This document shows positions 9,886-23,050 of a DNA stretch of 64,000 bases, in pieces. The first letter of the stretch is position 1. Each line of letters starts with the position of its first letter. This DNA comes from Eledone cirrhosa (lineage: Eukaryota). The notes beneath the pieces were generated by a model. It worked only from the letters and a program-made list of their open reading frames with translations, was not told the DNA's origin and did not search any database. A program made the position numbers and the translations under genes. Where the stretch lies: the NCBI GenBank assembly GCA_964016885.1, contig OZ024743.1:92690001-92754000 (forward strand). Direction: 5' to 3'.

Positions 9886-10259
9886 TGTAGCGGTTGTCTC
9901 CCTTGTTTTGATTGGGATCTAGACGGGAAGTAGAACCCTTTCTGCAACTTCCGGTCAGAGCCCTATAAAACTAACAACTTTAAGCTTTCTAACTCTCATT
10001 GCCTTTTCGGCACCAGGTCAAGAGCCTCTCATTGGGCTCTGCCATTCATTTGGCTAATAGGCGCCTGGCCTTAGCCAGGCGTCCTCTGCCAGCCACCATT
10101 GCCTGGCAATCAAAACGGTAACTACTAACTTTACTTCATTCTAACATCATCCTCATCTTTGACATGTCAACTATACTATCTACCATTGTTAATTAAATAT
10201 TATACACACAAACCATGTCTCGTTTTGTTACATTCATACAACCCAGTATCCTCACTAAA
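9886..10259 (+). repeat. 3' LTR
   Basis: 374 bp, 370/374 identical to the 5' LTR. Confidence 0.94.
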
Positions 10260-10683
10260 TACTCTAGAAAATATTTATTGAACAAAGATTTGGCTGCTTT
10301 TTCTAGCATGTAAAATGAGCACATTTCTTTAGAGCCGTTCGAATCGAAGATGATGGACATGTGTAATAATTAATTCGGAATGGGTATCGTAGCTAGTTAT
10401 TTGGCCGAGTTATATAAAAAAAAAGAGAACATAAGTTTTAAAGACAGCAATATCGACAACTATGCGATACTCTCGTAGTTAATCACGTGTGCTAAATTAT
10501 AAGTTAGATGAGATTTATGTAAAAGTTTATTAAGCAACCTAAATTGCTTGAAAATACTATGTTCTATGGTTGAAAGTATGAAAAATGTAAAATAGAAAAT
10601 TAAAGTATAAAAATTACTGTAAAAGAAAGGTGTTTAGTGAGTTGTTTTATACAATAAAACTATTAAATTGAGTGTAATCTTTC

Positions 10684-10803
10684 GTTTACGGCCATATCCC
10701 GCTGAAAACACCGGTTCTCGTCCGATCACCGGAGCTAAGCAACGTCGAGCCTAGTTAGTACTTGGATGGGTGACCGCTTGGGAACCCTAGGTGCCGTAAG
10801 CGT
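10684..10803 (+). rRNA. 5S rRNA, class A (copy 7)
   Basis: A49G, T52C. Confidence 0.9.
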
Positions 10804-12063
10804 CTATTTTTTTTAAAAATTAATTTCTTTTCAGAGCTGTTTATTTTTTACTTGGGTGAGCGCTTAGGAAACCGAGCTGCTGTAAACATTTCCCTTTTTC
10901 TTTCTTTAGTTAGTTTGATTTGCAAGCTTTTCTCTCCAGTGTCTGTTAGTTTCAAAATAATTATGCACGCAAACTTTTTACTTTCTTTCAACTCTACCCT
11001 TCGCATACACATTACTGCAAACGTCTTATAGGCTACCGACTGCAAAAACAGAGTTTGTTGATAATTTCAGATATTTCAAACTTTTATTCCGTCCGCCTTC
11101 GGAAGTAGTGAGCCTGCTATATACGCTAGAAAATATTTATTGAACAAAGATTTAGCTGCTTTTTCTAGCATGTAAAATGAGGGTCCATTTATACCACTTT
11201 CCATCCTAATCAGAAACCATCATTTTAACACCGAGATTCAAAGAAAAGCTCCCATCACAACTGCTATCACTTTCGCATTTCCCTCTGAAAATATTAAGTC
11301 GAAACGAAAGAAAGTATTGAGCCAACACTAAGTGTGTCTATCGGTCACATAACGGGTTCCGGAGCCTACCTCTAATAGCTTTTGACACTAGAAAACACAC
11401 TGGCAACCTTACTGCGGATGATAGCGAGTCTAAGAAGCTGATACAACCAAGCACACTCGCAGTCAGCGTCTGATACCTCGGTAAGGCGAGTGGCCAACTA
11501 TGACAAAAAGTTCGTTGTTAGTGGACCAGCTCCTGCAAACGTCTTAGAAGCTACAGGCTGGAAAAACAGAGTTTGTTGATAATTTCCGATGTTTCAAAGT
11601 TATATTCCGTCCGCCTTCGGAAGTAGTGAGCCTGCTATATACTCTAGAAAATATTTATTGAACAAAGATTTGGCTGCTTTTTCTAGCATGTAAAATTAGC
11701 ACATTTCTTTAGAGCCGTTCGAATCGAACATGATGGACATGTGTAATAATTAATTAGGAATGGGTATCGTAGCTAGTTATTTGGCCGAGTTATATAAACA
11801 AAAAGAGAAGATAAGTTTTAAAGACAGCAATATCGACAACTATGCGATACTCTCGTAGTTAATAACGTATGCTAATTTAAAAGTTAGATGAGATTTATGT
11901 AAAAGTTTATTAAGCAACCTAAATTGCTTGAAAATACTATGATCTATGGTTGAAAGTATGAAAAATGTAAAATAGAAAATTAAAGTATAAAAATTACTGT
12001 AAAAGAAAGGTGTTTAGTGAGTTGTTTTATACAATAAAACTATTAAATTGAGTGTAAGCTTTC

Positions 12064-12183
12064 GTTTACGGCCATATCCCGCTGAAAACACCGGTTCTCG
12101 TCCGAGCACCGAAGTTAAGCAACGTCGAGCCTAGTTAGTACTTGGATGGGTGACCGCTTGGTAACCCTAGGTACCGTAAGCGT
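12064..12183 (+). rRNA. 5S rRNA, class A (copy 8, possibly defective)
   Basis: T43G, G99T, G110A (breaks the C9-G110 pair). Confidence 0.88.
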
Positions 12184-13442
12184 TTAATTTTTTAAAAAAT
12201 TAATTTCTTTTCAGAGCTGTTTATTTTTTACTTGGGTGAGCGCTTAGGAAACCGAGCTGCTGTAAACATTTCACTTTTTCTTTCTTTAGTTAGTTTGATT
12301 TGCAAGCTTTTCTCTCCAGTGTCTGTTAGTTTCAAAATAATTATGCACGCAAACTTTTTCCTTTCTTTCAACTCTACCCTTCGCATACACACTACTGCAA
12401 ACGTCTTATAGGCTACCGACTGCAAAAACAAGTTTGTTGATAATTTCAGATATTTCAAAGTTTTATTCCGTCTGTCTTCGGAAGTAGTGAGCCTGCTATA
12501 TACGCTAGAAAATATTTATTGAACAAAGATTTGGCTGCTTTTTCTAGCATGTAAAATGAGGGTCCATTTATACCACTTTCCATCCTAATCAGAAACCATC
12601 ATTTTAACACCGAGATTCAAAGAAAAGCTCCCATCACAACTGCTATCACTTTCGCATTTCCCTCTGAAAATATTAAATCGAAACGAAAGAAAGTATTGAG
12701 CCAACACTAAGTGTGTCGATCGGTCACATAACGGGTTCCGGAGCCTACCTCTAATAGCTTTTGACACTAGAAAACACACTGGCAACCTTACTGCGGATGA
12801 TAGCGAGTCTAAGAAGCTGATACAACCAAGCACACTCGCAGTCAGCGTCTGATACCTCGGTAAGGCGAGTGGCCAACTATGACAAAAAGTTCGTTGTTAG
12901 TGGACCAGCTCCTGCAAACGTCGTAGAAGCTACAGGCTGGTAAAAAGGAGTTTGTTGATAATTTCCGCTGTTTCAAAGTTATATTCCGTCCGCCTTCGGA
13001 AGTAGTGAGCCTGCTATATACTCTAGAAAATATTTATTGAACAAAGATTTGGCTGCTTTTTCTAGCATGTAAAATGAGCACATTTCTTTAGAGCCGTTCG
13101 AATCGAACATGATGGACATGTGTAATAATTAATTAGGAATGGGTATCGTAGCTAGTTATTTGGCCGAGTTATATAAACAAAAAGAGAACATAAGTTTTAA
13201 AGACAGCAATATCGACAAGTATGCGATACTCTCGTAGTTAATAACGTGTGCTAACTTATAAGTTAGATGAGATTTATGTAAAAGTTTATTAAGCAACCTA
13301 AATTGCTTGAAAATACTATGTTCTATGGTTGAAAGTATGAAAAATGTAAAATAGAAAATTAAAGTATAAAAATTACTGTAAAAGAAAGGTGTTTAGTGAG
13401 TTGTTTTATACGATAAAACTATTAAATTGAGTGTAATCTTTC

Positions 13443-13562
13443 GTTTACGGCCATATCCCGCTGAAAACACCGGTTCTCGTCCGATCACCGAAGTTAAGCA
13501 ACGTCGAGCCTAGTTAGTACTTGGATGGGTGACCGCTTGGGAACCCTAGGTGCCGTAAGCGT
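13443..13562 (+). rRNA. 5S rRNA, class A (copy 9, junction unit)
   Basis: Class A gene followed by a class B spacer. Confidence 0.95.
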
Positions 13563-14305
13563 TTATTTTTTTAAAAAGTTAATTTCTTTTCAGAGCTATT
13601 TATTTTTTAGTTCGGTGACCGCTTAGGAAACCGAGCTGCTGTATAGATTTCCATTTTTCTTTCTTTTAGTTTCTTTCTTTTGCAAGCTTCTCTCGCCAAT
13701 GTCTGTTAGTTTCAAAATAATTAGGCACGCAAACTTTTTCCTTTCTTTCAACCCTACCCTTCGCATACACACCACTGCAAACGTCTTAAAAGCTACCGAC
13801 TGCAAAAACAGAGTTTCTTGATAATTTCAGATATTTCAAACTTTTATTCCGTTCGCCTTCCGAAGTAGTGAGCCTGCTATATACTCTAGAAAATATTTAT
13901 TGAACAGAGATTTGGCTGCTTTTTCTAGCAGGTAAAATTAGCACATTTCTTTAGAGCCGTTCGAATCGAACATTATCGACATCTGTAATAATTAATTCGG
14001 AATGGGTATCGTAGCTAGTTATTTGGCCAAGTTATATAAACAAAAAGACAACATAAGTTTTAAAGACAGCGATATCGACAGCTATGCGACACTCTCGTAG
14101 TTAATAACGTGTGTTAATTTAAAAGTTAGATGAGATTTATGTAAAATTTTATTAAGCAACCTAAATTGCTTGAAAATACTGTGTTATACGGTTGAAAGTA
14201 AGAAAAATGTTTAATAGAAAATTAAAATATAAAAATTATCGTAAAAGAAAGGTGTTTAGTGAGTTGTTTTATACAATAAAACTATTAAATTCAGCGTAAG
14301 CTTTC

Positions 14306-14425
14306 GTTTACGGCCATATCACGCTGACAACACCGGTTCTCGTCCGATCACCGAAGTTAAGCAACGTCGAGCCTAGTTAGTACTTGGATAGGTGACCGCC
14401 TCGGAACCCTAGGTGCCGTAAGCGT
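14306..14425 (+). rRNA. 5S rRNA, class B (copy 10, possibly defective)
   Basis: G85A and G97C in box C. Confidence 0.88.
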
Positions 14426-15168
14426 TTAATTTTTTTTTCATTAATATCTTTACAGAGCTATTTATTTTTTTAGTTCGGTGACCGCTTAGGAAACCGAGCT
14501 GCTGTATACATTTCCATTTTTCTTTCTTTTAGTTTCTTTCTTTTGCAAGCTTCTCTCGCCAATGTCTGTTAGTTTCAAAATAATTAGGCACGCAAACCTT
14601 TCCCTTTCTTTCAACCCTACCCTTCGCATACACACCACTGCAAACGTCTTAAAAGCTACCGACTGCAAAAACAGAGTTTCTTGATAATTTCAGATATTTC
14701 AAACTTTTATTCCGTTCGCCTTCCGAAGTAGTGAGCCTGCTATATACACTAGAAAATATTTATTGAACAGAGATTTGGCTGCTTATTCTAGCAGGTAAAA
14801 GTAGCACATTTCTTTAGAGCCGTTCGAATCGAACATTATCCACATCTGTAATAATTAATTCGGAATGGGTATCGTAGCTAGTTATTTGGCCAAGTTATAT
14901 AAACAAAAAGACAACATAAGTTTTAAAGACAGCAATATCGACAGCTATGCGACACTCTCGTAGTTAATAACGTGTGTTAATTTAAAAGTTAGATGAGATT
15001 TATGTAAAATTTTATTAAGCAACCTAAATTGCTTGAAAATACTGTGTTATACGGTTGAAAGTAAGAAAAGTGTTTAATAGAAAATTAAAATATAAAAATT
15101 ATCGTAAAAGAAAGGTGTTTAGTGAGTTGTTTTATACAATAAAACTATTAAATTCAGCATAAGCTTTT

Positions 15169-15288
15169 GTTTACGGCCATATCACGCTGAAAACACCGGT
15201 TCTCGTCCGATCACCGAAGTTAAGCAACGTCGAGCCTAGTTAGTACTTGGATGGGTGACCGCCTGGGAACCCTAGGTGCTGTAAGCGT
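15169..15288 (+). rRNA. 5S rRNA, class B (copy 11)
   Basis: A23, C112T. Confidence 0.93.
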
Positions 15289-16030
15289 TTAATTTTTTTT
15301 TCATTAATATCTTTACAGAGCTATTTATTCTTTTAGTTCGGTGACCGCTTAGGAGACCGAGCTGCTGTATAGATTTCCATTTTTCTTTCTTTAGTTTCTT
15401 TCTTTTGCAAGCTTCTCTCGCCAATGTCTGTTAGTTTCAAAATAATTATGCACGCAAACTTTTTCCTTTCTTTCAACCCTACCCTTCGCATCCACACCAC
15501 TGCAAACGTCTTAAAAGCTACCGACTGCAAAAACAGAGTTTCTTGATAATTTCAGATATTTCAAACTTTTATTCCGTTCGCCTTCCGAAGTAGTGAGCCC
15601 GCTATATACTCTAGAAAATATTTATTGAACAGAGATTTGGCTGCTTTTTCTAGCAGGTAAAATTAGCACATTTCTTAAGAGCCGTTCGAATCGAACATTA
15701 TCGACATCTGTAATAATTAATTCGGAATGGGTATCGTAGCTAGTTATTTGGCCAAGTTATATAAACAAAAAGACAACATAAGTTTTAAAGACAGCAATAT
15801 CGACAGCTATGCGACACTCTCGTAGTTAATAACGTGTGTTAATTTAAAAGTTAGATGAGATTTATGTAAAATTTTATTAAGCAACCTAAGTTGCTTGAAA
15901 ATACTGTGTTATACGGTTGAAAGTAAGAAAAATGTTTAATAGAAAATTAAAATATAAAAATGATCGTAAAAGAAAGGTGTTTAGTGAGTTGTTTTATACA
16001 ATAAAACTATTAAATTCAGCATACGCTTTC

Positions 16031-16150
16031 GTTTACGGCCATATCACGCTGACAACACCGGTTCTCGTCCGATCACCGAAGTTAAGCAACGTCGAGCCTA
16101 GTTAGTACTTGGATGGGTGACCGCCTGGGAACCCTATGTGCCGTAAGCGT
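16031..16150 (+). rRNA. 5S rRNA, class B (copy 12)
   Basis: G107T. Confidence 0.92.
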
Positions 16151-16893
16151 TTAATTTTTTTTTCATTAATATCTTTACAGAGCTATTTATTTTTTTAGTT
16201 CGGTGACCGCTTAGGAAACCGAGCTGTTGTATACATTTCCATTTTTCTTTCTTTTAGTTTCTTTCTTTTGCAAGCTTCTCTCGCCAATGTCTGTTAGTTT
16301 CAAAATAATTAGGCACGCAAACTTTTCCCTTTCTTTCAACCCTACCCTTCGCATACACACCACTGCAAATGTCTTAAAAGCTACCGACTGCAAAAACAGA
16401 GTTTCTTGATAATTTCAGATATTTCAAACTTTTATTCCGTTCGCCTTCCGAAGTAGTGAGCCTGCTATATACTCTAGAAAATATTTATTGAACAGAGATT
16501 TGGCTGCTTTTCCTAGCAGGTAAAATTAGCACATTTCTTTAGAGCCGTTCGAATCGAACATTATCCACATCTGCAATAATTAATTCGGAATGGGTATCGT
16601 AGCTAGTTATTTGGCCAAGTTATATAAACAAAAAGACAACATAAGTTTTAAAGACAGCAATATCGACAGCTATGCGACACTCTCGTAGTTAATAACGTGT
16701 GTTAATTTAATAGTTAGATGAGATTTATGTAAAATTTTATTAAGCAACCTAAATTGCTTGAAAATACTGTGTTATACGGTTGAAAGTAAGAAAAATGTTT
16801 AATAGAAAATTAAAACATAAAAATTATCGTAAAAGAAAGGTGTTTAGTGAGTTGTTTTATACAATAAAACTATTAAATTCAGCATAAGCTTTC

Positions 16894-17013
16894 GTTTGCG
16901 GCCATATCACGCTGAAAACACCGGTTCTCGTCCGATCACCGAAGGTAAGCAACGTCGAGCCTAGTTAGTACTTGGATGGGTGACCGTCTGGGAACCCTAT
17001 GTGCTGTAAGCGT
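16894..17013 (+). rRNA. 5S rRNA, class B (copy 13, divergent)
   Basis: A5G, T52G, C94T, G107T, C112T. Confidence 0.88.
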
Positions 17014-17755
17014 TTAATTTTTTTTTCATTAATATCTTTACAGAGCTATTTATTTTTTATTTCGGTGACCGCTTAGGAAACCGAGCTGATGTATAGATTT
17101 CCATTTTTCTTTCTTTTACTTTCTTTCTTTTGCAAGCTTCTCTCGCCAATGTCTGTTAGTTTCAAAATAATTAGGCACGCAAACTTTTTCCTTTCTTTCA
17201 ACCCTACCCTTCGCATACACACCACTGCAAACGTCTTAAAAGCTATCGACTGCAAAAACAGAGTTTCTTGATAATTTCAGATATTTCAAACTTTTATTCC
17301 GTTCGCCTTCCGAAGTAGTGAGCCCGCTATATACTCTAGAAAATATTTATTGAACAGAGATTTGGCTGCTTTTTCTAGCAGGTAAAATTAGCACATTTCT
17401 TTAGAGCCGTTCGAATCGAACATTATCGACATCTGTAATAATTAATTCGGAATGGGTATCGTAGCTAGTTATTTGGCCAAGTTATATAAACAAAAAGACA
17501 ACATAAGTTTTAAAGACAGCAATATCGACAGCTATGCGACACTCTCGTAGTTAATAACGTGTGTTAATTTAAAAGTTAGATGAGATTTATGTAAAATTTT
17601 ATTAAGCAACCTAAATTGCTTGAAAATACTGTGTTATACGGTTGAAAGTAAGAAAAATGTTTAATAGAAAATTAAAATATAAAAATTATCGTAAAAGAAA
17701 GGTGTTTAGTGAGTTGTTTTATGCAATAAAACTATTAAATTCAGCTTAAGCTTTC

Positions 17756-17875
17756 GTTTACGGCCATATCACGCTGACAACACCGGTTCTCGTCCGATCA
17801 CCGAAGTTAAGCAACGTCGAGCCTAGTTAGTACTTGGATGGGTGACCGCCTGGGAACCCTATGTGCCGTAAGCGT
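17756..17875 (+). rRNA. 5S rRNA, class B (copy 14)
   Basis: G107T. Confidence 0.92.
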
Positions 17876-18618
17876 TTAATTTTTTTTTCATTAATATCTT
17901 TACAGAGCTATTTATTTTTTTAGTTCGGTGACCGCTTAGGAAACCGAGCTGTTGTATACATTTCCATTTTTCTTTCTTTTAGTTTCTTTCTTTTGCAAGC
18001 TTCTCTCGCCAATGTCTGTTAGTTTCAAAATAATTAGGCACGCAAACTTTTCGCTTTCTTTCAACCCTACCCTTCGCATACACACCACTGCAAATGTCTT
18101 AAAAGCTACCGACTGCAAAAACAGAGTTTCTTGATAATTTCAGATATTTCAAACTTTTATTCCGTTCGCCTTCCGAAGTAGTGAGCCTGCTATATACTCT
18201 AGAAAATATTTATTGAACAGAGATTTGGCTGCTTTTCCTAGCAGGTAAAATTAGCACATTTCTTTAGAGCCGTTCGAATCGAACATTATCCACATCTGTA
18301 ATAATTAATTCGGAATGGGTATCGTAGCTAGTTATTTGGCCAAGTTATATAAACAAAAAGACAACATAAGTTTTAAAGACAGCAATATCGACAGCTATGC
18401 GACACTCTCGTAGTTAATAACGTGTGTTAATTTAAAAGTTAGATGAGATTTATGTAAAATTTTATTAAGCAACCAAAATTGCTTGAAAATACTGTGTTAT
18501 ACGGTTGAAAGTAAGAAAAATGTTTAATAGAAAATTAAAATATAAAAATTATCGTAAAAGAAAGGTGTTTAGTGAGTTGTTTTATACAATAAAACTATTA
18601 AATTCAGCATAAGCTTTC

Positions 18619-18738
18619 GTTTGCGGCCATATCACGCTGAAAACACCGGTTCTCGTCCGATCACCGAAGGTAAGCAACGTCGAGCCTAGTTAGTACTTGG
18701 ATGGGTGACCGTCTGGGAACCCTATGTGCTGTAAGCGT
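18619..18738 (+). rRNA. 5S rRNA, class B (copy 15, divergent)
   Basis: Same variants as copy 13. Confidence 0.88.
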
Positions 18739-19480
18739 TTAATTTTTTTTTCATTAATATCTTTACAGAGCTATTTATTTTTTATTTCGGTGACCGCTTA
18801 GGAAACCGAGCTGATGTATAGATTTCCATTTTTCTTTCTTTTACTTTCTTTCTTTTGCAAGCTTCTCTCGCCAATGTCTGTTAGTTTCAAAATAATTAGG
18901 CACGCAAACTTTTTCCTTTCTTTCAACCCTACCCTTCGCATACACACCACTGCAAACGTCTTAAAAGCTATCGACTGCAAAAACAGAGTTTCTTGATAAT
19001 TTCAGATATTTCAAACTTTTATTCCGTTCGCCTTCCGAAGTATTGAGCCCGCTATATACTCTAGAAAATATTTATTGAACAGAGATTTGGCTGCTTTTTC
19101 TAGCAGGTAAAATTAGCACATTTCTTTAGAGCCGTTCGAATCGAACATTATCGACATCTGTAATAATTAATTCGGAATGGGTATCGTAGCTAGTTATTTG
19201 GCCAAGTTATATAAACAAAAAGACAACATAAGTTTTAAAGACAGCAATATCGAAAGCTATGCGACACTCTCGTAGTTAATAACGTGTGTTAATTTAAAAG
19301 TTAGATGAGATTTATGTAAAATTTTATTAAGCAACCTAAATTGCTTGAAAATACTGTGTTATACGGTTGAAAGTAAGAAAAATGTTTAATAGAAAATTAA
19401 AATATAAAAATTATCGTAAAAGAAAGGTGTTTAGTGAGTTGTTTTATGCAATAAAACTATTAAATTCAGCATAAGATTTC

Positions 19481-19600
19481 GTTTACGGCCATATCACGCT
19501 GACAACACCGGTTCTCGTCCGATCACCGAAGTTAAGCAACGTCGAGCCTAGTTAGTACTTGGATGGGTGACCGCCTGGGAACCCTATGTGCCGTAAGCGT
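19481..19600 (+). rRNA. 5S rRNA, class B (copy 16)
   Basis: G107T. Confidence 0.92.
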
Positions 19601-20343
19601 TTAATTTTTTTTTCATTAATATCTTTACAGACCTATTTATTTTTTTAGTTCGGTGACCGCTTAGGAAACCGAGCTGTTGTATACATTTCCATTTTTCTTT
19701 CTTTTAGTTTCTTTCTTTTGCAAGCTTCTCTCGCCAATATCTGTTAGTTTCAAAATAATTAGGCACGCAAACTTTTTCCTTTCTTTCAACCCTACCCTTC
19801 GCATACACACCACTGCAAACGTCTTAAAAGCTATCGACTGCAAAAACAGAGTTTCTTGATAATTTCAGATATTTCAAACTTTTATTCCGTTCGCCTTCCG
19901 AAGTAGTGAGCCTGCTATATACTCTAGAAAATATTTATTGAACAGAGATTTGGCTGCTTTTTCTAGCAGGTAAAATTAGCACATTTCTTTAGAGCCGTTC
20001 GAATCGAACATTATCCACATCTGTAATAATTAATTTGGAATGGGTATCGTAGCTAGTTATTTGGCCAAGTTATATAAACAAAAAGACAACATAAGTTTTA
20101 AAGACAGCAATATCGACAGCTATGCGACACTCTCGTAGTTAATAACGTGTGTTAATTTAAAAGTTAGATGAGATTTATGTAAAATTTTATTAAGCAACCT
20201 AAGTTGCTTGAAAATACTGTGTTATACGGTTGAAAGTAAGAAAAATGTTTAATAGAAAATTAAAATATACAAATTATCGTAAAAGAAAGGTGTTTAGTGA
20301 GTTGTTTTATACAATAAAACTATTAAATTCAGCATAAGCTTTC

Positions 20344-20463
20344 GTTTACGGCAATATCACGCTGACAACACCGGTTCTCGTCCGATCACCGAAGTTAAGC
20401 AACGTCGAGCCTAGTTAGTACTTGGATGGGTGACCGCCTGGGAACCCTATGTGCCGTAAGCGT
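20344..20463 (+). rRNA. 5S rRNA, class B (copy 17)
   Basis: C10A, G107T. Confidence 0.9.
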
Positions 20464-21206
20464 TTAATTTTTTTTTCATGAATATCTTTACAGAGCTATC
20501 TATTTTTTTAGTTCGGTGACCGCTTAGGAAACCGGGCTGCTGTCTACATTTCCATTTTTCTTTCTTTTAGTTTCTTTCTTTTGCAAGCTTCTCTCGCCAA
20601 TGTCTGTTAGTTTCAAAATAATTAGGCACGCAAACTTTTCCCTTTCTTTCAACCCTACCCTTCGCATACACACCACTGCAAATGTCTTAAAAGCTACCGA
20701 CTGCAAAAACAGAGTTTCTTGATAATTTCAGATATTTCAAACTTTTATTCCGTTCGCCTTCCGAAGTAGTGAGCCTGCTATATACTCTAGAAAATATTTA
20801 TTGAACAGAGATTTGGCTGCTTTTCCTAGCAGGTAAAATTAGCACATTTCTTTAGAGCCGTTCGAATCGAACATTATCCACATCTGTAATAATTAATTCG
20901 GAATGGGTATCGTAGCTAGTTATTTGGCCAAGTTATATAAACAAAAAGACAACATAAGTTTTAAAGACAGCAATATCGACAGCTATGCGACACTCTCGTA
21001 GTTAATAACGTGTGTTAATTTAAAAGTTAGATGAGATTTATGTAAAATTTTATTAAGCAACCAAAATTGCTTGAAAATACTGTGTTATACGGTTGAAAGT
21101 AAGAAAAATGTTTAATAGAAAATTAAAATATAAAAATTATCGTAAAAGAAAGGTGTTTAGTGAGTTGTTTTATACAATAAAACTATTAAATTCAGCATAA
21201 GCTTTC

Positions 21207-21326
21207 GTTTGCGGCCATATCACGCTGAAAACACCGGTTCTCGTCCGATCACCGAAGGTAAGCAACGTCGAGCCTAGTTAGTACTTGGATGGGTGACCGT
21301 CTGGGAACCCTATGTGCTGTAAGCGT
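21207..21326 (+). rRNA. 5S rRNA, class B (copy 18, divergent)
   Basis: Same variants as copy 13. Confidence 0.88.
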
Positions 21327-22068
21327 TTAATTTTTTTTTCATTAATATCTTTACAGAGCTATTTATTTTTTATTTCGGTGACCGCTTAGGAAACCGAGCT
21401 GATGTATAGATTTCCATTTTTCTTTCTTTTACTTTCTTTCTTTTGCAAGCTTCTCTCGCCAATGTCTGTTAGTTTCAAAATAATTAGGCACGCAAACTTT
21501 TTCCTTTCTTTCAACCCTATCCTTCGCATACACACCACTGCAAACGTCTTAAAAGCTATCGACTGCAAAAACAGAGTTTCTTGATAATTTCAGATATTTC
21601 AAACTTTTATTCCGTTCGCCTTCCGAAGTAGTGAGCCCGCTATATACTCTAGAAAATATTTATTGAACAGAGATTTGGCTGCTTTTTCTAGCAGGTAAAA
21701 TTAGCACATTTCTTTAGAGCCGTTCGAATCGAACATTATCGACATCTGTAATAATTAATTCGGAATGGGTATCGTAGCTAGTTATTTGGCCAAGTTATAT
21801 AAACAAAAAGACAACATAAGTTTTAAAGACAGCAATATCGAAAGCTACGCGACACTCTCGTAGTTAATAACGTGTGTTAATTTAAAAGTTAGATGAGATT
21901 TATGTAAAATTTTATTAAGCAACCTAAATTGCTTGAAAATACTGTGTTATACGGTTGAAAGTAAGAAAAATGTTTAATAGAAAATTAAAATATAAAAATT
22001 ATCGTAAAAGAAAGGTGTTTAGTGAGTTGTTTTATGCAATAAAACTATTAAATTCAGCATAAGATTTC

Positions 22069-22188
22069 GTTTACGGCCATATCACGCTGACAACACCGGT
22101 TCTCGTCCGATCACCGAAGTTAAGCAACGTCGAGCCTAGTTAGTACTTGGATGGGTGACCGCCTGGGAACCCTATGTGCCGTAAGCGT
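22069..22188 (+). rRNA. 5S rRNA, class B (copy 19)
   Basis: G107T. Confidence 0.92.
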
Positions 22189-22930
22189 TTAATTTTTTTT
22201 TCATTAATATCTTTACAGACCTATTTATTTTTTTAGTTCGGTGACCGCTTAGGAAACCGAGCTGTTGTATACATTTCCATTTTTCTTTCTTTTAGTTTCT
22301 TTCTTTTGCAAGCTTCTCTCGCCAATGTCTGTTAGTTTCAAAATAATTAGGCACGCAAACTTTTCCCTTTCTTTCAACCCTACCCTTCGCATACACACCA
22401 CTGCAAACGTCTTAAAAGCTACCGACTGCAAAAACAGAGTTTCTTGATAATTTCAGATATTTCAAACTTTTATTCCGTTCGCCTTCCGAAGTAGTGAGCC
22501 TGCTATATACTCTAGAAACAATTTATTGAACAGAGATTTGCATCTTTTTCTAGCAGGTAAAATCAGCACATTTCTTAAGAGCCGTTCGAATCGAACATTA
22601 TCCACATCTGTAATAATTAATTCGGAATGGGTATCGTAGCTAGATATTTGGCCAAGTTATATAAACAAAAAGACAACATAAGTTTTAAAGACAGCAATAT
22701 CGACAGCTATGCGACACTCTCGTAGTTAATAACGTGTGTTAATTTAAAAGTTAGATGAGATTTATGTAAAATTTTATTAAGCAACCTAAATTGCTTGAAA
22801 ATACTGTGTTATACGGTTGAAAGTAAGAAAAATGTTTAATAGAAAATTAAAATATAAAAATTATCGTAAAAGACAGGTGTTTAGTGAGTTGTTTTATACA
22901 ATAAAACTATGAAATTCAGCGTAAGCTTTC

Positions 22931-23050
22931 GTTTACGGCCATATCACGCTGAAAACACCGGTTCTCGTCCGATCACCGAAGTTAAGCAACGTCGAGCCTA
23001 GTTAGTACCTGGATGGGTGACCGTCTGGGAACCCTATGTGCTGTAAGCGT
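22931..23050 (+). rRNA. 5S rRNA, class B (copy 20)
   Basis: T79C, C94T, G107T, C112T. Confidence 0.9.

Larger units (their letters stand above)
8151..10259 (+). mobile_element. Non-autonomous LTR retrotransposon (probably Ty3/Gypsy-dependent), 2109 bp
   Basis: Two 374-bp LTRs, tRNA-Trp PBS, PPT-like tract and TSD TACT (8147-8150 / 10260-10263; ATACT if the LTR is read 1 nt shorter). The empty site GCTATATACTCTAGAAAA is seen in sister units. No gag/pol ORF. Confidence 0.95.
1..13600 (+). repeat. 5S rDNA tandem array, class A (long unit ~1377-1380 bp, 9 genes)
   Basis: 5S starts at 301, 1678, 3055, 4434, 5814, 7191, 10684, 12064, 13443. The 7191-10684 gap (3493) equals one 1380-bp unit plus a 2113-bp insertion. 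Confidence 0.97.

Noticed and set aside
8693-9922. Short ORFs inside the LTR element as gag/pol/env remnants
   Set aside because: No zinc knuckle, protease, YxDD or integrase motifs; the translations derive from A-runs and AT repeats.
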